The translations under genes were made by a program, and so were the position numbers. Positions 35,060-43,816 of a DNA stretch of 61,206 nucleotides are shown piece by piece. Source of the DNA: an uncultured Planctomycetia bacterium. GTDB lineage: Bacteria > Omnitrophota > Gorgyraeia > 2-01-FULL-45-10. Where the stretch lies: assembly GCA_964352425.1 (NCBI GenBank), contig CAYGRZ010000005.1, forward strand, positions 1-61,206, read 5' to 3'. The notes under the pieces are model-generated. The model made no database searches and was not told the origin of the DNA. It saw only the letters and a list, made by a program, of their open reading frames with translations. The stretch's first letter is position 1. Every line of letters starts with the position of its first letter.

Positions 35060-35509
35060 TCAAAAGCGGGGTTTAGACTTAGCGTCGAGCGTTTCCAGGA
35101 TGCGCGAGGCTTCCCTCTCGCCGCCCGACTTCCACGCCTCGTAGATCATTACGAGCATTTTCGTCGATTTAGCATCTACCACCCACTTTATGCCCAAAAT
35201 TAGAGTAGCTACCAGTAGTTGTATGAAGTACCGGGGGGTAGTGAACGACAGGGCAAATGCGATAACTGCCAATATGAGGTACAGGTTGATCTTTTTCATA
35301 ACACTCGTCCTTCTTTTCTTATGCGGGGCCGCCGGCTTGAAATCCCTGACCGAATCATAAGCGGCGACCGCGGTTTCAAGGCATCCGGCACAGGATGCGA
35401 TATGCTCCTCTATTCGCACCATCTCCTTCCCGGGCAGTGACTTGCTTAAATAGGCGGCGAGGTCGGCCTCGGCCGGATGGGCGTGCGTCTTTATCTTTAC
35501 TGTTGTCAT
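35060..35509 (-). CDS. Anti-sigma factor (zf-HC2 type) with one TM segment
   Basis: HIASCAGCLETAV is the H-x3-C-x2-C motif. A TM helix follows. Located directly downstream of the ECF sigma gene. Confidence 0.7.
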   Translation of the reverse strand: MTTVKIKTHAHPAEADLAAYLSKSLPGKEMVRIEEHIASCAGCLETAVAAYDSVRDFKPAAPHKKRRTSVMKKINLYLILAVIAFALSFTTPRYFIQLLVATLILGIKWVVDAKSTKMLVMIYEAWKSGGEREASRILETLDAKSKPRF

Positions 35510-35547
35510 GAGTCCTCCTACTATATAAGATGCTAAAAGGCGCCGGA

Positions 35548-36156
35548 TTATTGCACCTTGTTTAAATATTTTTTCAATTTTTCCCGGGCTCTTTTGACGT
35601 AGCTGCAGACGGTGCCTATGGGCAGGCCGAGCATTCCGGAAATCTCTTCGTATTTCTTCTCGTGGATCAGGTTGAGTTTTATGATCAATCTCTCTTTTTC
35701 CGGGAGCGACTCTATCGCCGCGTCAAGGGCATCCGACAGCTCGTCGTTTTCTAATGCGGTGGCCGGGTCAGGACAGGTAGAGGCCAGGAGTTCCGCCAGT
35801 TCCTGCCCTCCGATACTATCGGATAGAGACAGCCTCAGAGGCCCTTCAAGGCGCCGCTTTTTGCGCATATGCAGCATCGCGGCATTTCCGGAAACTATTG
35901 CAAGCCAATAAGATAAGCTGCTTGCGTTCCGGACGCTCTTAAACATATCGGATTTCCATATCGATTCGAGCACGTCCTGCCGGATGTCATGGATATCTTC
36001 GCGGGGAAGGGTAAAGCCGTACTTCCTCAGGCGCTTCTTTGCGGCTATCGATATGAGGGCAGAGTACTTCGCGATGAAGGCGGACCAGGCCGCCTCATCG
36101 CGCTCTATGCATCCGCGCAAGAGATCCGCGTCGTCTTCGAAAGGGCCGTGTGCCAT
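35548..36156 (-). CDS. ECF-type RNA polymerase sigma-70 family factor
   Basis: Region 2 (DIHDIRQDVLESIW) and region 4 HTH (KKYEEISGMLGLPIGTVCSYVKRAREKL). Confidence 0.85.
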   Translation of the reverse strand: MAHGPFEDDADLLRGCIERDEAAWSAFIAKYSALISIAAKKRLRKYGFTLPREDIHDIRQDVLESIWKSDMFKSVRNASSLSYWLAIVSGNAAMLHMRKKRRLEGPLRLSLSDSIGGQELAELLASTCPDPATALENDELSDALDAAIESLPEKERLIIKLNLIHEKKYEEISGMLGLPIGTVCSYVKRAREKLKKYLNKVQ

Positions 36157-36277
36157 GCCGGCAGGATACTATACTATATGGTATAAAGTCAATATAAATT
36201 TGCTAAATCATCAAATAATCGGCCCGGCTGATGCGCTCCTTCAGGAGCCGCACAGGCCTCTGCAGATAGTCTCCCAT

Positions 36278-36306
36278 TTGACTTATTCTGATAATAATAG
36301 TATACT
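36278..36306 (+). promoter_or_regulatory. Sigma70-type promoter of the PAS-GGDEF-HD-GYP gene
   Basis: TTGACT 36278-36283, 17-nt spacer, TATACT 36301-36306. Confidence 0.55.
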
Positions 36307-36367
36307 TAAATTAATACGGCTGCGGACAGCGGGATGATTTTACCGATATACTACAGTATAAAGGCAT

Positions 36368-39300
36368 ATGGACACGGCATATAACAGGCTATTCGAATCC
36401 ACAAATGACGGCATATTCCGCTATACGTTTGACGAGGGCAGGGTCCTTATCGCCAACCAGGGCTTTGTCAACATGCTGGGCTTCGACTGCATAGCGTCAA
36501 ATGTGGAAGGAAAACTGCTGAGAGAGCTTATCGTATACACCGAAAAAGAAGGCCATATACGCGAGATGCTCGACAGGCAGGGCGAGCTCCACGGTTATGA
36601 ATACCACTTCAAGACGCTGAAGGGCGAAGACAAGTGGGTCATCGCCGACGCCTTCACGACCACCGACCCCGCCACCGGTAAGAGGATCGTCGAGATAATG
36701 ATCAAGGATATCACCAGCCGCAAGATGTCGGAGGATGCGCTCAAGGTCTCCGAGGCGAATTACCGCGCCATATTTGACACGGCGAATGACGCCATATTCA
36801 TCCACGATATCGAGAACGGCCAGATCGTAGACGTCAACCAGAAGACCTGCGAGATGTACCTGTATCCGAAAGAGGAGATACTCCGCCTGAGCGTTGCCGA
36901 CATAAGCCTCGGGGAGGCGCCCTACCGCCAGGAAGACATGATCGGGTATATAAACAAGGCGGCGTCCGGTGAGCCGCAGCTCTTCGAGTGGGTGGCGAAG
37001 GACCGCGCCGAGAGGCTCTTCTGGGTCGAGGTGAACCTGAAGCGCGCCGTGATCGGCGGGAAATACCGCATCGTCGCGATCGTGCGCGATATCACCGAGC
37101 GCAAGCAGCGGGAAGAGCGCTGGGCGAAGATAAACGAGGTCTTCCTGAGTTTCGGGGCCGATCCCCATGAGAACATCAACCGGCTGACGGCCCTGTGCGG
37201 CGAGCTGCTCGGAGCCGACTGCGCCCTGTATAACCGCATTGAGGAAGGCCAGTATCAGCTGCGCGCCTGCGGCCAGTGGAATGTGCCGCCGGACTTCGTC
37301 TCAATCGACAAACCCGACGGGCATATCTGTTACGATGTCATAAAGAAAGGGACCGACGAGGTTACGATCATCAGGAACCTGCAGGAGACCGAATACGCGA
37401 AGACCGACCCGAATGTCGTCAAATATAACCTGCAGACGTATATCGGGCGCGCGGTGAAATTCGGCGATGAGTACATCGGCACGCTCTGCGCCGTATACCA
37501 GCACGACTTCGGGCCGACCGAAGAGGACAGGGAGATCATGAGCTTCCTCGCGCTCGCGATCGGCGTCGAAGAGGAGCGTAAGAGCGCCGAAGAGATAAGC
37601 CAGATCGCGCAGTTCGCGATCGAGCGGTCCGCGGAACCGATCTTCTGGGTCGGCCCGGATGCCAGGATCATGCATGTCAACGAGATGGCCTGCATATCGC
37701 TCGGCTACACGCGTGAAGAGCTCCTCTCGATGAGCATCCCCGATATAGACGTGAATTTCACCCGGGAGGTCTGGCCGAACCACTGGAAGGAATTAAAGGA
37801 GCGCGGCTCGTTCACGTTTGAGACCAGGCACCGCCGGAAGGACGGGACCGCAATACCCGTCGAGATGACGGTCAACTACCTCGAGTTCCAGGGCAATGAG
37901 TACAATTTTTCCTACGCCCGCGACATCACGATGAGAAAGAAACAGGAGGAGGACCTTCTGCGGCGCGACTACCAGCTGGAGATCCTCTCGCGGACCAGCC
38001 AGCATATAAACGCAGTTCTCGAGGCGCCGGTCATCCTGCGCACGCTCATCACCGCGGCGATAGAACTCGTCGACGCGACGGCAGGGACGGCCGGGATGGC
38101 GGTCGGCGACAGGATGGTATTCAAGGAATACAACAAGAACGGAAAGGTGGAGTCGGTCGACTATGCCTTCAAGGCGGGCGAGGGCGTCTGCGGCTGCGTC
38201 ACCAGGACGCTGAAGACCTATATCTGCAACGACGCCGAACATGACCCGAACCTGTCGAAGGAGTTCCGCGAGGCCTTCGGCCTGTACAACCTGGTCAATA
38301 TCCCGATCCTGGACCGCGAGGGAAAGCTGCTCGGGTGCCTGGAGCTCCACAACAAGAGAGACCGCCGCCCGTTCGACGTGCAGGATGTCTTCATGCTGCA
38401 GGGGCTTGCCGCGAGCGCGGCCGTGGCACTCGAGAACGCGCATATCCTCGACCAGCGCGACAAGGCGGAGAAGGCGCTGGCGTGGCAGAAGGACTATTAC
38501 GAGACGCTGCTTGACGAGGCGAACATCTGGACGGACGTCATCGACAGGGATGGCAAAGTCCTGCTGTGGAACAAGAAGGCCGAAGAGATCACCGGGTACA
38601 AGCGGGAAGAGGTCATCGGGAGCATTAAGGTATGGGGCCTGATCTATCCGGACCCGAAGCAGAGGATCAGGATCCTCAATTTCATGAGGAAGCTGGTCGC
38701 GGCCGGCAAGACGATCAAGGACCTCGAGACCGAGATAACGACCGCCGGCGGCGACAAGCGGACGATCGCGTGGTCGTCCACGATAATACGGGACAGTTCC
38801 GGAAAGATAGTCGGCAGCATGTTCGTCGGCGACGATGTCACGGCCCGCAAAGTGGCGGAGAGGGAGCGTGAGCACCTGAACAACGAGCTCGTCAGGTTCA
38901 ACAAGAGGCTGAACCAGCTCGCGCTGAAAGATTCCCAGACGGGACTCTATAACTACCACTACCTTACCGAGATCATAGAGCCGGAGTACTACCGCGCCAA
39001 GCGCTACGTCCATCCGCTCTCGGTCATCATGATCGATATCGACTATTTCAAGTCTGTGAACGACCTGTACGGCCATGAGTTCGGCGATCTCGTGCTGAAG
39101 CAGCTGGCCGTGCAGCTGAAGAGGATGGTGCGCCGCTATGATATCGTCATCCGGTACGGCGGCGAGGAATTCGTCATCATATCGTCGGGCGCGGACCGCG
39201 CCAAGGCGCTCGTCTTAGGCCAGCGGCTGCTCGAGGCGCTCACGCTGTATAATTTCGGCGACAAGAAACATATTGTGAAGCTGAAGCTCTCCGTGGCAGT

Positions 39301-40087
39301 CGCGTCATACCCGGACGACGTGGTGTCGAAAGGCATGGACCTGATAAACCTGACCGACAAGATCCTGGCCAGGGTCAAGGAGGCGGGCGGCGCGAAAGTA
39401 TATTCGATGGTGGACATAAAGAAGGGCACAATACCGGTCGCCGAAAGCGTCGAGATCACCGACGTGAGGTTCCTCAAAGACCAGATAACGAGGCTGAACA
39501 AGCGCGGCAAGCAGAGCCTGATGGAAGCAATATTCGCCTTTGCGAAGACGATCGAGATGCGTGACCATTATACCGGCGAACATGCCGATTCCACCGTCCG
39601 GTATTCTACGCAGCTGGCGCGGGCGCTCGGCGTGGGCCAGGAAGATATCGACAATGTCAGGAAGGCGTCGATACTGCACGACCTCGGCAAGGTCGGCATC
39701 AGCGACAAGATACTGCTGAAGAAGGCGAAGCTGACGAAGGGCGAGTTCGAAGAGATAAAGAAACATCCGCAGATCGGAGCCGACATTATACGGCCGATCC
39801 AGTTCATGCAGGAGATAATACCGCTCATCCTCTACCACCATGAACGGTGGGACGGGAAAGGATATCCCGAGGGCCTGAAGGGCGAGGGCATACCGATCGG
39901 CGCGCGCATAATATCGATAGCGGATGTCTACCAGGCGCTGACGTCCGACCGGCCGTACCGGAAGGCGTTCACGAAGAAAGAAGCGATGAACATCCTCAGG
40001 GAGGGCGCCGGCTCGCAGTTCGACCCGGAGATAGTGAAAGTATTCCTCGGGATCCTGAAGAAAGAGAAGAACCACAACCATACGTAG
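36368..40087 (+). CDS. Multidomain c-di-GMP signalling protein: PAS/GAF sensor array plus GGDEF diguanylate cyclase plus HD-GYP phosphodiesterase
   Basis: 1239 aa. Several PAS motifs and two GAF-like blocks. GGDEF domain with RYGGEEF. HD-GYP domain with HYTGEHA...ILHDLGK...HHERWDGKGYPEGL. Confidence 0.85.
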   Translation: MDTAYNRLFESTNDGIFRYTFDEGRVLIANQGFVNMLGFDCIASNVEGKLLRELIVYTEKEGHIREMLDRQGELHGYEYHFKTLKGEDKWVIADAFTTTDPATGKRIVEIMIKDITSRKMSEDALKVSEANYRAIFDTANDAIFIHDIENGQIVDVNQKTCEMYLYPKEEILRLSVADISLGEAPYRQEDMIGYINKAASGEPQLFEWVAKDRAERLFWVEVNLKRAVIGGKYRIVAIVRDITERKQREERWAKINEVFLSFGADPHENINRLTALCGELLGADCALYNRIEEGQYQLRACGQWNVPPDFVSIDKPDGHICYDVIKKGTDEVTIIRNLQETEYAKTDPNVVKYNLQTYIGRAVKFGDEYIGTLCAVYQHDFGPTEEDREIMSFLALAIGVEEERKSAEEISQIAQFAIERSAEPIFWVGPDARIMHVNEMACISLGYTREELLSMSIPDIDVNFTREVWPNHWKELKERGSFTFETRHRRKDGTAIPVEMTVNYLEFQGNEYNFSYARDITMRKKQEEDLLRRDYQLEILSRTSQHINAVLEAPVILRTLITAAIELVDATAGTAGMAVGDRMVFKEYNKNGKVESVDYAFKAGEGVCGCVTRTLKTYICNDAEHDPNLSKEFREAFGLYNLVNIPILDREGKLLGCLELHNKRDRRPFDVQDVFMLQGLAASAAVALENAHILDQRDKAEKALAWQKDYYETLLDEANIWTDVIDRDGKVLLWNKKAEEITGYKREEVIGSIKVWGLIYPDPKQRIRILNFMRKLVAAGKTIKDLETEITTAGGDKRTIAWSSTIIRDSSGKIVGSMFVGDDVTARKVAEREREHLNNELVRFNKRLNQLALKDSQTGLYNYHYLTEIIEPEYYRAKRYVHPLSVIMIDIDYFKSVNDLYGHEFGDLVLKQLAVQLKRMVRRYDIVIRYGGEEFVIISSGADRAKALVLGQRLLEALTLYNFGDKKHIVKLKLSVAVASYPDDVVSKGMDLINLTDKILARVKEAGGAKVYSMVDIKKGTIPVAESVEITDVRFLKDQITRLNKRGKQSLMEAIFAFAKTIEMRDHYTGEHADSTVRYSTQLARALGVGQEDIDNVRKASILHDLGKVGISDKILLKKAKLTKGEFEEIKKHPQIGADIIRPIQFMQEIIPLILYHHERWDGKGYPEGLKGEGIPIGARIISIADVYQALTSDRPYRKAFTKKEAMNILREGAGSQFDPEIVKVFLGILKKEKNHNHT

Positions 40088-40109
40088 CGCGATTGGCTCA
40101 AAAAAGGCG

Positions 40110-41597
40110 ATGATGCAGGAACATAGTGAAGAGAATGAACTGATAAGACAGAAGAGGCAGAAGCTCGAGAACATGACGGCCGCCGGCGTGAACGCGTACG
40201 GGGGCAGGTTTGAGGTAACCTCGCGCATAGGCGAGCTGAAAAACGCATTTACCGAAGGCAGGGAGGTCGTGGTTGCCGGCAGGATCATGGCGGTCAGGCT
40301 GCACGGCAAGAGCTGCTTTCTCGATATCAAGGACTCGACGGGCACAATGCAGGGCTACATCAAAGCCGACGCCGTCGGCGCGGAGAAGTTCGCGTTTATC
40401 AAGGCCAATGTCGACATCGGCGATTTTGCGGGGTTGAAGGGCGACACCTTCACAACGCGCACGGGCGAGCCTACGGTCGTCGTGAAAGAATTTACGGTAC
40501 TGTCGAAAGGCTTGAGGCCGCTCCCCGAGAAATGGCACGGCCTGAAGGACGTTGAGACGCGCTACCGCCAGCGGTACGTCGACCTGATCGTCAACGACGA
40601 GGTGAAGCAGACGTTTATTCAACGCTCGAAAATCGTCTCGCATATTCGCGCGTTCCTCGACTCGAAGGGCTTCCTCGAAGTCGAGACGCCGATGATGCAG
40701 GCGATCCCGGGCGGCGCGGCCGGCAAGCCGTTCAGGACGCACCATGAAGCGCTCGACGCCGACCTCTACCTGCGCATAGCCCCGGAGCTGTATCTCAAGC
40801 GGCTCCTCGTCGGCGGGTTCGAGAAGGTCTACGAGATAAACAGGAACTTCCGCAACGAGGGCATATCGATAAAGCATAATCCGGAATTCACGATGCTCGA
40901 GGTCTACGAGGCGTATTCCGACTGCGCGGGCATGATGGCTCTGACCGAGGAGCTCGTGACCGGCATCGCAAAAGACGTCCTCGGCAGGACGGCGCTGGAA
41001 TACCAGGGCAAGGTGATAGACCTCTCAAAGTGGGAGCGTGTATCGTTCGCCGAGCTCATGAAGGACCAGTTCGGGATACTGCCGGAAGACCCGCAGGAAG
41101 CATGGGTAAAGAAGCTGAAGGCCAAAGGCATAGAGATAGAAGGCAAGGATGTCTCCCGGACCCAGATCATAAATATCGTGGGCGAGCTCGTCGAGCCGAA
41201 AGCGCATAACCACCCCGTCTTCGTCGTCGATATGTTCCGCGAGATGTGTCCGCTTGCCAAGGTCAAGCAGGACAATCCGCTCCTGACTGACAGGTTCGAA
41301 CTTTACATGGGCGGGATGGAGATCGCCAACGCCTACTCGGAGCTCAATGACCCGATCGAGCAGAAGGCGCGGTTCCTCGATGATCTTAAAGCGGCCAACG
41401 ATCCCTCGACCGCGCCCGGGACAGGCAACAAGCGCGTGATGGACGAGGATTTCGTCACCGCGCTCGAATACGGCATGCCGCCCGCCGGCGGGCTGGGTAT
41501 CGGCATCGACAGGCTCGTCATGATACTGACGAACGCCGCGTCGATACGCGATGTGATATTGTTCCCGCAGTTACGGCCTCAGGTCAAAGAAGAATAG
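40110..41597 (+). CDS. lysS: Lysine--tRNA ligase (class II)
   Basis: OB-fold N-domain, RYRQRYVDLI, class II motifs (FRNEGIS..., GGLGIGIDRLVM). Confidence 0.95.
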   Translation: MMQEHSEENELIRQKRQKLENMTAAGVNAYGGRFEVTSRIGELKNAFTEGREVVVAGRIMAVRLHGKSCFLDIKDSTGTMQGYIKADAVGAEKFAFIKANVDIGDFAGLKGDTFTTRTGEPTVVVKEFTVLSKGLRPLPEKWHGLKDVETRYRQRYVDLIVNDEVKQTFIQRSKIVSHIRAFLDSKGFLEVETPMMQAIPGGAAGKPFRTHHEALDADLYLRIAPELYLKRLLVGGFEKVYEINRNFRNEGISIKHNPEFTMLEVYEAYSDCAGMMALTEELVTGIAKDVLGRTALEYQGKVIDLSKWERVSFAELMKDQFGILPEDPQEAWVKKLKAKGIEIEGKDVSRTQIINIVGELVEPKAHNHPVFVVDMFREMCPLAKVKQDNPLLTDRFELYMGGMEIANAYSELNDPIEQKARFLDDLKAANDPSTAPGTGNKRVMDEDFVTALEYGMPPAGGLGIGIDRLVMILTNAASIRDVILFPQLRPQVKEE

Positions 41598-42818
41598 ATG
41601 AACTGGCAGCTCAAAGTAAGCCTGCGGTATCTCACCTCCCGACACAGGGAAAAGTTCATATCCGCGATAAGCCTCATCTCGATCTTCGGCGTCGCCATCG
41701 GCGTCGGTGCGCTCATCATCGTCATAGCGGTCATGAGCGGCTTCGACGAGGACCTCCAGTCGAAGATCATCGGCACGTACTCGCATATCGAGGTGATCTC
41801 CGACTACGGCGTCAAACCCTCCGACGCGTTCACCGCGAAGATCCTTCGGTGCGGCGGCGTGAAGGCGGCGGCGTACTTCCTGAACGGGCAGGCGCTCATC
41901 ACCTACGGCGACAAGGTAACCGGCGTTATCGTGAAAGGCGTGAAGATCTCCGACGAGGTGAAGGTCAATAAGCTCGGAGCGTACCTGAAGACAGGTTCTC
42001 TCAATGTGGCCGGCGGCGGGGCGGTCCTCGGCAGCGAGCTCGCCCATAAGCTCGGCGTAACGACAGGGGATACCATCTCCGTCCTGTCACCGGCATCCAT
42101 TACCGTGAAGAATATGATCCTGCCCGGCCGCCTGAAGGCCGAGGCGAAACCTTTCAGGGTGGCCGGCATATTCACCTCGGGTATGTATGAATATGACGCC
42201 AACCTCATTTATGTCGATCTCGCCGACGCACAGGCCCTGCTTGGCGCCGGCGATATCGCAAGCGGTGTTTCCGTCCGTGTCGGCGACACTCAAGAGGCGG
42301 ACGGCATCAAGAGGGCGCTGCAGGTCAGCCTCGGCCCCGAGTACGTCGTCCGGACATGGGTGGAGATGAACAGGAACCTGCTTTCGGCGCTTAAATTAGA
42401 AAAGACGGTCATGTTCATCATCCTGGCTCTTATAGTCATGGTCGCCTGTTTCAATATCGCCAGCACTCTCATCATGACGGTCCTCGAGAAGACGAAAGAC
42501 ATCGGCATCCTGAAGGCGATCGGGGCGACGAACGTCAACACGATGGCGATATTCGCGATGCAGGGCGGCTTCATCGGCATCATCGGCACATTTCTCGGAA
42601 CGGCGATGGGGCTCGGCGTCTGCTGGTGCCTCAAGACATATAAATTCATCACGCTCCCGCCGGAGATATACTATATCGATAAACTTCCCGTCAAGATCGA
42701 CATGGGAGACATCTATCTCATAATCGCCTCGAGCATATTGATAAGCTTTATCGCGACGATATATCCCGCGTACAAGGCGTCGCGGCTCGACCCGGTGGAG
42801 GCCCTGCGCTATGAGTGA
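41598..42818 (+). CDS. lolC: Lipoprotein-releasing system permease (LolC/LolE family)
   Basis: 406 aa. MacB-like periplasmic domain plus FtsX C-terminal TM bundle. N-terminus LRYLTSRHREKFIS is typical. Confidence 0.85.
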   Translation: MNWQLKVSLRYLTSRHREKFISAISLISIFGVAIGVGALIIVIAVMSGFDEDLQSKIIGTYSHIEVISDYGVKPSDAFTAKILRCGGVKAAAYFLNGQALITYGDKVTGVIVKGVKISDEVKVNKLGAYLKTGSLNVAGGGAVLGSELAHKLGVTTGDTISVLSPASITVKNMILPGRLKAEAKPFRVAGIFTSGMYEYDANLIYVDLADAQALLGAGDIASGVSVRVGDTQEADGIKRALQVSLGPEYVVRTWVEMNRNLLSALKLEKTVMFIILALIVMVACFNIASTLIMTVLEKTKDIGILKAIGATNVNTMAIFAMQGGFIGIIGTFLGTAMGLGVCWCLKTYKFITLPPEIYYIDKLPVKIDMGDIYLIIASSILISFIATIYPAYKASRLDPVEALRYE

Positions 42819-43497
42819 CGTGATATTGACGGCGCGGGATGTTTCGAAAGTGTACAGGAAAGGATCGAAGGAAGTCCGGGCCGTGAACGGCGTCAGCCTC
42901 GACGTGAAGAAAGGCGCCTCAGTCGCGGTGATCGGCCCCTCGGGCGCCGGCAAATCCACCCTCCTGCACCTTCTGGGCGGGCTCGACCGGCCGACCGCGG
43001 GCACGGTCCTGATGGACGGCGCCGACATGTACCGGCTCTCCGACAAGGCCCGGGCGCGGCTCAGGAACGGCCGCGTCGGTTTTGTGTTCCAGTTCTACCA
43101 TCTTCTGCCCGAATTTACGGCGCTCGAGAACGTGATGTTGCCGGGGATGATCGGAGGGCATGGCGCATGGGGCATGGCGCATGGGGTAAAAGAAAAAGCG
43201 AGAAATCTGTTGAAGTCTGTCGGGCTGGAAGATCGGGCAAGCCACAGGCCGGGTGAACTTTCCGGCGGAGAATCCCAGCGCGTCGCGATAGCGCGCGCCC
43301 TCATGAACGCCCCGCAGGTTCTCCTCTGCGACGAACCGACCGGTAATCTCGATTCAAAGACCAGCGAATCTATATTTGAACTCTTATTCGGCCTTAAGGC
43401 GAAGACAGGCATGTCTATAGTCATAGTAACTCATGATGAAAGCCTCTCCAAAAGGACTGACGAGGTCCTCCGCATCAAAGACGGCAGCGTAGTATAA
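42811..43497 (+). CDS. lolD: Lipoprotein-releasing system ATP-binding protein
   Basis: Walker A GPSGAGKST, signature LSGGESQR, Walker B LLCDEPTGNLD. Overlaps lolC by 8 nt. Confidence 0.85.
   Translation: MSDVILTARDVSKVYRKGSKEVRAVNGVSLDVKKGASVAVIGPSGAGKSTLLHLLGGLDRPTAGTVLMDGADMYRLSDKARARLRNGRVGFVFQFYHLLPEFTALENVMLPGMIGGHGAWGMAHGVKEKARNLLKSVGLEDRASHRPGELSGGESQRVAIARALMNAPQVLLCDEPTGNLDSKTSESIFELLFGLKAKTGMSIVIVTHDESLSKRTDEVLRIKDGSVV
43158..43185 (+). repeat. Perfect 14-bp tandem duplication inside lolD
   Basis: GCATGGCGCATGGG x2, encoding HGAWGMAHG in the variable loop after the Q-loop. Confidence 0.9.
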
Positions 43498-43520
43498 TTC
43501 CCATCGTATAAGAATATCCA

Positions 43521-43597
43521 TTATGTTAGTATCGGTAGGGCACCTTTAAAGGTGCCCTACGCTGTGGATAACTCAGCCCCAGAGATTCCTGTCCAAG
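43521..43597 (+). repeat. REP hairpin (variant A) with both flanks duplicated from the 32223-32355 locus
   Basis: TTATGTTAGTATCG + GTAGGGCACCTTTAAAGGTGCCCTAC + GCTGTGGATAACT + CAGCCCCAGAGATTCCTGTCCAAG. The last 24 nt are identical to the reverse complement of the 3' end of yifB. Confidence 0.9.
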
Positions 43598-43670
43598 AAA
43601 TAGTCATCGCAGTTTCGGACTTGTACATACATGAAGAAAATGTTAAACATAAAAAAGTCAGATATAGCAA

Positions 43671-43699
43671 TTGACAGATATCGTTACATGATGTATACT
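43671..43699 (+). promoter_or_regulatory. Consensus sigma70 promoter of the giant gene
   Basis: TTGACA 43671-43676, 17-nt spacer, TATACT 43694-43699. Shares the TTGACAGATAT core with the 2447-2572 repeats. Confidence 0.6.
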
Positions 43700-43740
43700 C
43701 ACTTTCGCATATGTTAATTCCATTATCGTCTCCTGCAGCC

Positions 43741-43774
43741 AGACACTTTGCCGCGCGCAAGGTGTCTTTTGTTT
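43741..43774 (+). terminator. Terminator-like hairpin inside the 5' leader of the giant gene (possible attenuator)
   Basis: 11-bp stem AGACACTTTGC / GCAAGGTGTCT with a 5-nt loop, followed by TTTGTTT. Located between the predicted TSS (about 43706) and ATG 43817. Confidence 0.5.
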
Positions 43775-43816
43775 ATCATAATATTTCAAAAGTAAATATC
43801 AATTCCGGAGGAAACA

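Noticed and set aside
34700-35060. Whether the gap RNA is RNase P RNA, tmRNA, SRP/4.5S RNA, 6S RNA, or a cobalamin, c-di-GMP or c-di-AMP riboswitch.
   Set aside because: I found no GGAAAGUCCGGGC/ACAGAA (RNase P) motif, no tRNA-like ends or tag ORF (tmRNA), no GGAAGCAGCC domain-IV motif (SRP) and no B12 box. There is also no downstream plus-strand gene for a riboswitch to control. Identity is left open and needs Infernal.
43557-43760. 67-aa minus-strand ORF between lolD and the giant gene.
   Set aside because: It is Cys-rich and low-complexity. It spans the REP copy and the plus-strand promoter and leader. It has no RBS and looks like chance in an AT-rich spacer.
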